From Curvularia clavata (lineage: Eukaryota), in the NCBI GenBank assembly GCA_023920165.1, contig CP089281.1:1364001-1428000 (forward strand): a DNA stretch of 64,000 bases, given 5' to 3'. The position numbers were made by a program, and so were the translations under genes. The stretch's first letter is position 1; each line of letters opens with the position of its first letter. Below the pieces are notes generated by a model. The model saw only the letters and a list, made by a program, of their open reading frames with translations, made no database searches and had not been told where the DNA came from. This document shows positions 34,516 through 45,120 of this stretch, in pieces.

Positions 34516-34709
34516 AAATATCATACGTGGTTTTGAACTCACCCTCTCACAACACGTGTTTGCTTGCTGATCTGGAAAGGTAGTACAAATATTCTGCACG
34601 TGTGGGATTTGCAAAATTAACAGGTTACACAGCCAGATTTACGACACTAGACAGTCGGCGGCAGATACAGTCTACACTGTAGATAGTCAACGCCGGATCA
34701 GCGCAAGTC

Positions 34710-36225
34710 ATGGCTAGTACGCAGCAAGGATCAACGGCGCCTGGCGGGTCTGAGGCTTGGTCGCCGGACTGTAAGGGCGAATGCTACCCTGAAGTGCATA
34801 TGCTAACGAGACGCAGCGTGGAGGTCAAAGCCTATCAAGCAGGTCGTCACGTATGAGGATCAGGCAGCGGTGGCTTCTGCTTTGAAGAAGCTGTCAAGTC
34901 TACCACCTATCGTCACACCAACAGAGATTGCCAAGCTCAAAGCCAGTCTGCGTGATGCCGCCCTCGGAAAGTCCTTCTTGCTCCAGGGAGGCGACTGCGC
35001 CGAGTTGTTCTCCTACTGCGCGGACAACCCGATTGACGCCAAGATCAAACTTCTTCTCCAGATGAGCTTGGTTCTGATTTGGGGTTCAAACAAGCCCGTC
35101 ATCCGTATTGGTCGCATTGCGGGACAGTATGCGAAGCCAAGGTCAAGCCCGACTGAGATGCTGGATGGCAAGGAGATTCCTAGTTTCCGAGGCGATATTC
35201 TCAACGGATACGATCCAGACGCCAGGAGAGTAGACCCAGAAAGACTGGTCAGCGCCTACTTCCACTCTGCAACGACATTGAACTATATCCGTGGACAGCT
35301 TGCAAGTGGCATTGCTGATCTGCACAATCCGTTGGACTGGGAACTAGGCCATGTTCGGGACGAGGAACTGCAATCCAAGTACTCGCAGATTGTACACAGC
35401 ATATCTGACTCGCTTCGCTTTATGAACACGATTGGTGCAGATACATCTGGTCAGCTGCAAACAGTAGACCTCTTCACAAGTCACGAAGGTCTTGTGCTAG
35501 AGTACGAACAGAGCTTGACAAGGCGGCTCAAGCACCCTGCTGGTTACAAGCCGTCTCAGCCCTCGAACGACGGCAAGGGCTGGTACAACACTTCTGCACA
35601 CTTCATTTGGATTGGAGACAGGACACGTCAGATTGACGGTGGTCACGTAGAGTACTTCCGCGGCATCGAGAATCCTATTGGTATCAAGGTGGGGCCTTCG
35701 ATGAAGAACGATGAGCTTGTCGAGCTGCTCAATATTGTCAACCCTAACAGGGAAGTCGGCAAGATCACTCTGATTACCCGCTATGGCGCGGACAAGGTGG
35801 AATCCATGCTAGGTGCGCACATTGAGGCTGTAAAGAGCAGTGGACACGTTGTAGTCTGGCAGTGCGACCCGATGCACGGGTAAGTTGAGTCGATACATGA
35901 TGCCTCCTGCGTCAGCTAATCTCCCCGCAGCAACACCCGCAGTACCCCGGCCGGCATTAAGACGCGCTCCTTCAACAGCATCTTCTCTGAGCTGTCATCT
36001 GCGCTCAAGATTCACAAGCAGCACAACTCTTTCTTGGGCGGTATGCATCTCGAGCTCACAGGCGACGCCGTGACGGAATGCACAGGAGGAAGCGAGGGAC
36101 TTGTAGACGAGGACCTGAGCTTGAATTACACTACGTATTGCGACCCGCGGTTGAACGAGAAGCAGGCATTGGAGCTGGCATTCCTAGTTGCAGGACATTA
36201 TCGCGCAGACGAGAAGCTACCGTAG
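34710..36225 (+). CDS. aro-8: Class II DAHP synthase (3-deoxy-7-phosphoheptulonate synthase); 2 introns
   Basis: FLLQGGDCAE, GRIAGQYAKPRS, FRGDILNG, TSHEGL, SAHFIWIGDRTRQ, WQCDPMHG-NT, GGMHLELTG, CDPRLN. Confidence 0.95.
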
Positions 36226-36597
36226 GTTTGGGGTCTCCCGTGTCTCAGATAGTATTTCGGTAAAAGTCGCGATCTCAAAAGGTGCAATTGGATTCAAGAA
36301 TCTCTCTCATATCCATGCATTTATCATTAACATAAATACGCAACTTCATCTCATTAGCAAATACCCCTTTCCATCCCACCTCTTGGCCTTGTCATGTTCC
36401 ATCTCGACTACATCATCGGTGCCTGGCCCGAGCTTCACCAGAAGTTGCCCCCCAACAAATGCATGGCTATCGCGCCGCTGACCCCATCCTTATCGAACAA
36501 CAATACCTTGCTGCATTTTCTCAAACACTGTGCAGTCCCAACAAAAACCCCCCCACACTTTCCCCTCTCGTCTCAACAAAACAAGCCGCGCGGAGCA

Positions 36598-36880
36598 ATG
36601 GGTGCTGGAGCATCTAAAAGCGCAAAAGCCGCTGCCGGCTCGGCTGCGCGGAAATATCCTACCAGGGCCCCTACAAACACGACGACTGCGAGGACTGTTG
36701 CACCAGCACAGAACACAGCGACGGGACCAACGGTACATCCTCCAGTGCAAGCGACGAGTGAAAAAACAGAAGGTATGTTGCCGAATATATCTGTCGGTTC
36801 TTCCATTCACATTACGGAAAACCAAGTCTCCCCCCACACACACCACATTGTCCCTGTTCCCTCCGCCCGGAGTTGTGAGA

Positions 36881-36920
<40 letters not shown>

Positions 36921-37390
36921 GAACTAACACTACCTGCTCGATAGCCGTACTCCAAGATGGCCGCGACCCCGCCTTCGCCTCTCGCCTCAGCAGCCTAGGC
37001 GCCGTCCAACCCAACCCACACTTCTCGCCCTCATCCGCCTCGCCCTTTGACCCACAGCGCCGCACCAGCAATGCCGCACCCCACCTCCCACCCGATACCA
37101 TGATGCAATCAGCACCACAGTCAGCGTTCCCCGACCCGCGGAATAACCCTGTGCTGCGCGTGCTCGAGGCGCGGCAGCAGATTGCGGAGACGGCAGAGGA
37201 AGAACTGAGAGAAGCGGGCAGGAGGGGGTTCGAGGGGAGGAGGTATGTGGATGCGGGCGTGATTACGCTCGCATTGATGAGGAGGGGGAAGGGGGAGCCG
37301 GATGAGAGAATTGAGAGGAGTTTAGGAATTAGGAAGGGGAGGTTGGGAATCTTGGGTAAGGGGGTGGTGGGGGCTGTGGCGATGGCGTAG
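36598..37390 (+). CDS. Hypothetical protein with N-myristoylation motif and C-terminal HTH-like segment; intron about 36773-36944
   Basis: Starts MGAGASK; GTATGT donor and ACTAAC...TAG acceptor; ends ITLALMRRGKGEPDERIERSLGIRKGRLGILG. Confidence 0.75.
36884..36913. repeat. (AT)n microsatellite inside an intron
   Basis: About 15 uninterrupted AT units. Confidence 0.95.
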
Positions 37391-37493
37391 ATGGGGTTAA
37401 AGGAGAAGAAAAAGGGAAGATGACAGGATGCGAGAGACATGAGATGGGTAAGAGGGGGAGAGAATGAACATCACAGGATATAAGAGACATTAA

Positions 37494-37527
37494 AGAGAGA
37501 GGGAGAGAGAGAGAGAGAGAGAAAGAG
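37494..37527. repeat. (GA)n microsatellite
   Basis: agagagagggagagagagagagagagagaaagag. Confidence 0.9.
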
Positions 37528-37808
37528 TCAGGTTGAGCGGCGAGCAACACGCCGGCAATGATCGTCATTTGGATCTACGAAAGAGAAGAGTGTACAGCGA
37601 CAAATGTACATATGAACAGGAGAGATGAAGGACAAAGAAAAAAACAAAAAGCAACCTTTTTTCCAACACCGGGTTTGATCCTTCCTTTCCGACGCTATGC
37701 GGTTCCCAAGTCGTTACCCCCAGAAAAGCAAAACTCGACTCCGGCTCCAATGCAGGGAAACAAAATCAAATACAAAAGAAAGAGAAGGAGATGGCGTGTA
37801 TGTGTTCA

Positions 37809-38425
37809 TCATGATTCATCATAGTCGGCGCACTCGTGGATGAAATTGTTGAGGGCGATCAAGGCCTCCTTGAGGCATTCCTGGTCGACCTCGAGGCCGT
37901 CTCTCGACATCTCGTCGTAGCCTATCCGGACGACGCCACTGGGGTTGTTTGGGCGCGATCGCTTCTGGTTCCATCTCCGGGCAACTTCCCATCGCTTGCG
38001 TGTCTGTGTAAAAGGCGGGCATGAATCGGCAATTTCCCTTCTCTCGCGCAGGACAGTCAGGGCATTGAGGACGTTGAGGAAGATGCTAGATAAAGCAGAC
38101 AAGTTAGCGGGCTGATAGCATGGCTGGGGTAGAGAGAGAGAGGAGGGGCGATGACAACATACCCTTGGGTGAGCTCGACGTCATGGTCCCAACCGTAAGC
38201 GACCTCGCTGAAGCTGTTACCCTGAGCGACAATGTCGAGGAAAACGAAGAGCGACTCCTCGACGCTGATTTCGGGCGATATTTGCGAGGCGACGTTTGCG
38301 AGGATCCAGTCGGAGAGTTCGAAAAATGTCTTTTGGTCCATGTGGGCAAAGCTGATGAAGCGCTCGGGGACCGTGAACATGAGCGACATGGCTCGGCGTG
38401 CACCGGGGGCCTCTATGCCGTCCAT
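37809..38425 (-). CDS. Small protein resembling the N-terminal helical/HTH region of PIF/Harbinger transposases, without a DDE domain; intron 38162-38086
   Basis: FAHMDQKTFFELSDWI...ISVEESLFVFLDIVAQGNSFSEVAYGWDHDVELTQG-IFLNVLNAL fits the Harbinger pattern FRMxxxTFxxL...SxEExLxxFL...FxxVLxAL. A GT-AG intron restores the frame. Confidence 0.68.
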
Positions 38426-40068
38426 TACTTCAGACAGGGCGCAGGGCTGGCTAGACTGGCGTGGTGATGTGGTAGTTGAGTATGGCCGTAGAAGGTGTGG
38501 TGTGTTCTGGCTGGAAAGCGGAGTCGAGAGGAGGTCAGGTGAGCGTTGCTGATAAAGAGGGGGTGGTGTGTGTGTGGGTGGGAGAAGGATGGGAATGGGA
38601 TGGCCCAGAGCTGAGGACCAGAGCGGGTACCGGCAACAAAACTATTATCAGTTAACAACCCACGACCACAAGCAACACGCAAAGTGCCGTCGCTCACTCC
38701 GGACAAAGGAACACAACGTTTTATTTTTCTTCCGCCTTGTCGTCGGGAGGCAGGAATAAATGATGATGACGACAAAAAGCCACGAGTAAGTTGTTTTTTC
38801 GCCTTTCGGTCTATTTCTCTTCTCCTTTTCTGTCTTCAAACACGGTTCGATGGACGACAAGTCTGCGTGTTCCCTGGTTACGCAAGCCGGAACAAGGCTC
38901 AAGGGCAAGTGAAGCGCAAGCGCACACCATGGAATTGCACCTGGTTGCATATGAGGTGCGAGTGGGGCCGCTGTCCGTGTTTTGCACCTACTCCCGGGGC
39001 GGCGTGGTGCCAATGCAAATGCTGCAACGCGCAACAAGTCTGACATGTGAAAGTGGCACGGGCCATATAGGACATGACATCAGCAATCCATGCTCGGCCA
39101 ATCGCATGGCGGCATAGGCCGCTGCTGCTGCTGTCTGGGCTGGCTGGGCGAGGGGGGCTTGGCCCGACGCGACGACGCTGAAGGCCTGTGGCTTCTGGGA
39201 CAGATGCGCTTCGTGCCCTCCCGTCGTTTCCCCGCTCCATGTGGTTTGCCTCGTCCTCTCGTGTCCATCTCACGCGCTACTCGTGTGCGTGTGAGGGGAA
39301 GCACGCAGCGGGTTGGCTAGACGGGTAAATTATGCGCCGTCCTCTCTCTTGCGAGGTTGGCCGAGCTTCGAACTACACGACTGGCGCCGCCGCACGGTCT
39401 AAGCCGCATCGGGCAAATAACGGGGCGATGGCCTAGATCAAGCAGGTGGTGGGTGGTCTTGTGCTGAGGTTCCGGGCTGCGGGCCATTTGGATTTGGCTT
39501 GAGTGAGCAAGTGTGTGTCGCGGGTATTATTACTACTGGGAACTACTAATTTGAGACATGGGACTAGTATGTAGATGCAGTTGGATCGGGTCTAAGGCCT
39601 GCTCGGCTACGGTAATTAGAAGGTGTAATGGATAAGTTGCAGCGGGCTCTGGGCGCTGACTAAGGTGCTATATGGAATTGTAGGCGTTACACGGAATAGA
39701 GTACGTGTTTGTCAGAGAAGGATTGAGAACGGAGGAATGGTGCACTCTATGTGAGGAGAGCCTGAGATAGACACAGTGTTAGGCCTTACTTTGGGTGCAC
39801 CCGGAAGTATTCTTCCCGAGTCGATTGCCTCCAAACCAGCAAGCACTCAGCTGAGTAAGACGCGATCCAGTGTCTCAGACACTTTCCCATCATCAAGAGA
39901 CCATCATCGTGATGGCAAATCCGCATATTGCTGTTCTTTTGCTTTTGCCCTTCCCACTGTGCAGTTCCCATCTCTGCTCCCGCGCTGGAAAAACAATCTC
40001 CGCCCGCACGCTCCGCCCGCACTTTCTCCGAGGGAGCGAGTGCGCGTCCCCACCCGCAAACCCTAAAT

Positions 40069-41316
40069 ATGCTGGGCTACATTTCGTCGACGCGTAGGAA
40101 GAGTTGCACAGCGTGCGTAAAGGCCAAGCGGCGCTGCGACCTAGGCTACCCCTTTTGCAAACGCTGTTCTGTCAAAGGCCTCGACTGCGTCTACCCGACT
40201 GCACGTAAAACACCTGTTTCGGTCCGCGACGCCGAGCTTGTCATCAAACACACGGCCGTGGTCCTCGATGAGACTACTACTACTACGGCTGCGGCTCCCG
40301 CTACCGCTGCTGCTACAAGTGTGGAGCCGGACGATAACTTTGGCGATCTTCGTGTCAACGCTCATGACCTTGGCAATATAGCTCGCCAACCTTGGATGCT
40401 AGCGGCACTGCTGTCCTCGTCAGAAAGCGAGTCGAGCGAATCCGATGTCTCGACATCGGAACCAGACACATGGCAAATAGGACGTGACGAGAGCATGAAA
40501 GCACCACCACTACCGCTACATAGAACCTTGCTTCCTCCTGTTGTTGTCCCGATACTCCTCAACGAGAAGCAGAGTACTGCCGTCATCGAGGGACTGTGCT
40601 CGCTCGTCACAACCATGGCTTGCTCCGGTGCCATGCCTTTTCTCCATCCCAAGCTGTATCCCGAATATGACCAGCCTGCTGCGTATCAGGATTGCGTCGC
40701 TATATCTGCCCTGTACATGATGCGGAATGCGAATAACGCTAACATCCTCATCAATAGTATCAATGCCAAGATTGCGGCCTTGGTCAAGGAATCCAAATCT
40801 TGGTCATTGATGCAGCATCTGGCGGCTGTACAGGCGCTTGTTGTATATCAGATTATTCGTCTCTTTGATCCTACCTTGTCGGCACAGGAACAGGCGGTCA
40901 AGCAAAATGTTTTGCTGGAGCGCTGGGCTACGAGTCTTTTCCATCGCTCTTCGTACGATATGCCTTCGCTTGCGGGTCCGCGTGAGCGCTGGGTTTTTGC
41001 TGAGTCACTGCGAAGGACCTTGTTCATGTCTGTATTCACGCGGTGCGGGTGGACAGTATTCTCAACTGGTGGACTTGCGAGTCAGGTGCATGTTCTGGCC
41101 AGTATGCCGGTAACAAAAGATACGAAGAGATGGATACAAGAGGGTGAGGAGGAGCAGTGTAGAGATGAGAGTATGCACAGTCAAGATCAAGGTTTGGTGA
41201 CTTATTTCGACTTTGCCCTGGACTGGTCCGATACCAAATTAATCGACGAGCTGGACTCGTTCGGAAAGTTGATTCTCGCGCCTTGTCGAGGCCACGATGT
41301 AAGACTGCTGGTATAA
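40069..41316 (+). CDS. Zn(II)2Cys6 binuclear-cluster transcription factor
   Basis: RKSCTACVKAKRRCDLGYPFCKRCSVKGLDCVYP; C-terminal LAAVQALVVYQIIRLFD and WVFAESLRRT. Confidence 0.92.
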   Translation: MLGYISSTRRKSCTACVKAKRRCDLGYPFCKRCSVKGLDCVYPTARKTPVSVRDAELVIKHTAVVLDETTTTTAAAPATAAATSVEPDDNFGDLRVNAHDLGNIARQPWMLAALLSSSESESSESDVSTSEPDTWQIGRDESMKAPPLPLHRTLLPPVVVPILLNEKQSTAVIEGLCSLVTTMACSGAMPFLHPKLYPEYDQPAAYQDCVAISALYMMRNANNANILINSINAKIAALVKESKSWSLMQHLAAVQALVVYQIIRLFDPTLSAQEQAVKQNVLLERWATSLFHRSSYDMPSLAGPRERWVFAESLRRTLFMSVFTRCGWTVFSTGGLASQVHVLASMPVTKDTKRWIQEGEEEQCRDESMHSQDQGLVTYFDFALDWSDTKLIDELDSFGKLILAPCRGHDVRLLV

Positions 41317-41332
41317 ATTCTGCATGTCGAGT

Positions 41333-42266
41333 TCAAGGCATGAGATATACTTTGTACACTTCTTCCCAGAAGTCCACGACAAACTCGCCGCCTTCCTGTA
41401 AGTAGAGAATAAAGGATGGGTGCCTGGAAAAGGCTGACACGTTGAGAACCATGTACTCAACTACTAGTTGCCTCAGCTCATCTGTCGTGTCCGCGCCTTG
41501 GGTGTACGCATATCTGGCGAGTTCCACAATGTCGTTTACTCGCCGCTCGTAAAGCGAAAAGCCGAGTAGCGTCTGGTGGAGTTTGTGCAGCGTGAGTTTT
41601 CTGAGCGGGTCTACTAAGCGCATACAGGAGAAGGTATATAGCCGTGCATGTGCAAGCAAGACGGGTCTAAAGTCTTGATCTGGCGCGTCGTTGTGTTGAG
41701 GTTCAAAGGCAGCGAGCATGGCATCCTTGGGATGGCCTGGGGCGAGGTAATTGCGTTCGTCAAACTTGACAGAGAGAAAATGCATTCTCCCATACTTTAG
41801 GTCCTTGCCCCATTTTCCCAAGCGGGCTTCCATAGTCTCCTCTTTGGTTGCGGGTCTTGGAGGCGTTGGAGGTCTTTCCATGGTGGGTGATATTGGAGCT
41901 TCGCACTCGTACGATGCCTTTTCTTCTACGTACGTCTCGTCTCTGATCCACGATGGCGCCGTGTAGTCATAACGATATGCGTACTCGACAAAGCGAGCAA
42001 AGTCTTCTGGTTCCATGTCGGGGTAATCCACGATTGCCGTATGCGACTCCACCATCCCGTTATTTACTAGGGCACGAAAATACCCAGATGTTGCGGCGAC
42101 AGCTTTTGAATGCACCAAAAACGTCTTCCTCTTTTTATCTTTGCCTACGTGAAATGTGAAAAGGTCCGATTGAACCAGCCTATGGAATATTATTGTTAGG
42201 AAGCAAGGCTTTTGTCGCTTGCTATACGTACTCCTGGAAGGGACACGAAATCAGTCCTTCGTTCAT
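41333..42266 (-). CDS. BTB/POZ domain protein; 1 intron near the 5' end
   Basis: Spliced SDLFTFHVGKDKKRKTFLVHSKAVAATSGYFRALVNNGMVES, FARFVEYAYRYDY, LLAHARLYTF. Confidence 0.88.
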
Positions 42267-43064
42267 ATCTTCTACTGTCACAGTAATTCGCGTTTCAGAT
42301 CGATTGCGGATTGTAGGCATCGTACAGTGTACTGAAGATATATGCGCTCGAGCCGGGGTGTACATAGCAGCCTGATGGTAGCAGAATGTGTCTGCCTTGC
42401 TGTGGCTGTGACATTATGAAAGTTCCCTAAATACATCACTTTCAGTACTGCCTTGTGATAATTGCCTCTATTGCTGCAATTGGCAATTATGCCACGCTGA
42501 ACTCCGTTGTTCTTTAGATTCTCATAGTATACACGGTTTTGTCGAGTGCATAGGAACCTCAAGTGTAAGCGAAGACTAGCCTACATGGCAACTACAGCCG
42601 CCTGCGCCACTGGTGCTACTTTCTCATGTCAAAAACAGGGTTCCATGGCGCTGCGTCATCTCTGCTGCTAACAAGATGGCAGCGCGGGATGCGACACAAG
42701 GGGGTTCCATGCTGGTCGACGCTCTCCAACGAATAGCATGCGGCGGTCACTACGACGTGCAACCACGTACGTCACCGTTCCATTGAAATGGTAGATGTTC
42801 CAGATCTCTCTACTATATGCCGTTGAAGTCAACAGCAAGCAAAGCCCAGATACACTAACGGCACTTTTTCCCACTACATCTGTACCTTACTTTCCTGCTG
42901 GCGTACTAGCTAGCTCATTACAAGTCGTCAAGACGGCGCCCCAAATCCCTTCTCGTCGCGCGCTCGCTGGAATCGCGCTTGTCTCTGTTTTGTCGGCGGT
43001 GGAACAGCAGCAGAAGAGGAAGAGAGAAAGAAAAAACGGACACGAGCTTTCAACTCCTGAGGAC

Positions 43065-44796
43065 ATGTCGGGTGAACTTCAGACGATTCCTGCCCGCCAT
43101 GGCGTGGCGACGTTTGTGCCGAGGGGTAGGACTATCAAGGTTATCAATACGTATGGAAAACAGGTAGTTGGCATGTGGGCATTCAGTCTGGGTGCCCCGC
43201 CAGAAGAGGGGGATGAGGAGGTGAATGAGGAGGAGGTCAAGAAGGAGGCGGAGGAAATGAAGAAGGCGGTTGAGGAGGGTGGAAAGCAGGATGTAGAGAC
43301 TGCGAAGGAGAGTAATAAGGAAGTTAAGAAAGAGGGAGATGACAGCAAGGAGAAATCAAAGCAGGAGGGCGAAGATAGCAAGGATGAAGCAAAGAAGGAC
43401 AGTGGAGAGAGCAAAGATGAAGTAAAGAAGGAGAGTGAAGACGGAGCAAAGGAGACACAGTCGAGTGAGGACAAGACCAACGAAACAAGTCAAGAAGCCG
43501 AAGATCCACCAGAACAAGCCCCAGATACCCCCGAGAACGAAAAGACGACTGAAACCACGGAGCCTTCGTCCAGCAAAACTACCAAACGCACTTGGACCTC
43601 TTACCTGCCTTCGACTTACCTCCCTTCGATACCCTATCGCAACAAAGGCGGGGCGAACAAGCAAGAAGCCGAACAAAAGCCCACTCCGGAGCAAGAAAAG
43701 AAACAGAACGAGGAAAACACTAAAAAATGGTCTTCATACCTGCCCACAGGCAAGAGTTTCACCAGCTACGTGCCTAGTGAGTCGATCGTGAGCGCATTCA
43801 AGGCCAGCCATCAGCGTGATCCGAACAAGAGTTATGCAGAGCAACTGTATGACTTTTCCAAGACGCCTGTGGGTGCTGGAACCATAGCCGGTACGTCGTT
43901 AGAACTCCTCGCTACTTAGATTTAAGCAAACTAACTCTTCCACAGCTGCCACAGGCTCCGGCTACGCATCCTCCGTCTACGCCGCCTACTCCGCGTATGC
44001 CTCGATGCATCCCTCGGACGGCTCCCAACCGCCCATGGAATACCTCTCCCTCCCCCACACCCGCGCCGCATCTCATAAGCTCGTTCCCGAAGTCAATGAT
44101 GAACTTCTCACCAATCTCCGCAACCCCATCCTCACAATGGTCGAAGATACTTCCCCGGGCGGTCACGACACTCTAACTGCCGCCTGCGACGCAAACCAAT
44201 ACGCTGCACTGGGCGTTGACAAACCCGCCGAACACGGCAGCTGCGCTGAGAACCTCGTCTTCGCCCTTCGAGAAATCAATGAGCGCTCCGGCCTCAAAGG
44301 CGCAAAAGCAATTGGCGCCGACATCACCGTTAACATTGCGCCTACGCCCCTGCACCTCTTCATGAACGCTCCTCTCGAGGCAGAAGGAGACTTCCACGAT
44401 GATGGCGCTGGCGCTAAAGGCGTGACGATTAAAATCCACGAGCCAAAGGGCAAGAAGAGGTGTTTTGTTAGGTTTCGTGCTGAGCGCGATGTAGTGGTGG
44501 TACTGAGTGCGTGTCCCATGGATGTAGGGGAGCAGAATGGCGGGCGGTGTATGGCGGCGAATTTTATGGTGGAGGAACAGCAGGCGGGAGAGGATTTGGC
44601 GGCTTCCAAGGTGGAGAGTAAGGCAGGAGATAAGGAGAAGGAGGAGCAGAAGAAGAAGAAGGAGGATGGGGCTGGAAAGGAGGAGGAGAAGGGAGAGGAG
44701 AAGAAGACGGAGGAACCCAAGCCAAAGAAGAAGCCCAAGAAGTTGGAGGTGAGGAAACAGTCTGCGGCGCCGTCGTCGGCTTCCTCTCAAGCTTGA
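43065..44796 (+). CDS. DUF1989 (urea carboxylase-associated family) protein with a large charged insertion; intron 43891-43945
   Basis: IPARHGVATFVPRGRTIKVINTYGKQVVGMWAF...EYLSLPHTR...EDTSPGGHDTLTAACD...HGSCAENL...PLHLFMN...VVVLSACPMD. Confidence 0.85.
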
Positions 44797-45120
44797 ATAT
44801 GAATATCTTTACGGTAGGAGCTGTTGTGGTAGTACGTTTAGCTTAATGATGTAATTAGATCCCTCTTCTCTTGTTCTCATCTGAACATCTTTTGCTCCCT
44901 AATTGGTCTTCACATGCTTCATTGACTCGTCTCATTATATGTCAAACAAGACACTCATTCACATCATGCCCAGAGACACACATCATTTTTTTTAATTCTT
45001 TGTCAACTAACGAGAAAATATAAGCGATTGTAGTTCTTCCTCTCCATACATCCCAACCCCCTCACTCGTCCCCCTTACCCATTCACAAAACACATCGCTG
45101 TTTCCCGCTCTCTTCCCTCT

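Noticed and set aside
3625..37390. Functional clustering of N-terminal modification genes (NMT1, HYPK, a myristoylation substrate)
   Set aside because: Separated by about 30 kb of unrelated genes; chance co-location is sufficient.
34710..44796. Secondary-metabolite cluster around class II DAHP synthase and the Zn2Cys6 TF
   Set aside because: No PKS, NRPS, terpene synthase, tailoring enzymes or transporter nearby; promoter motifs point to primary metabolism.
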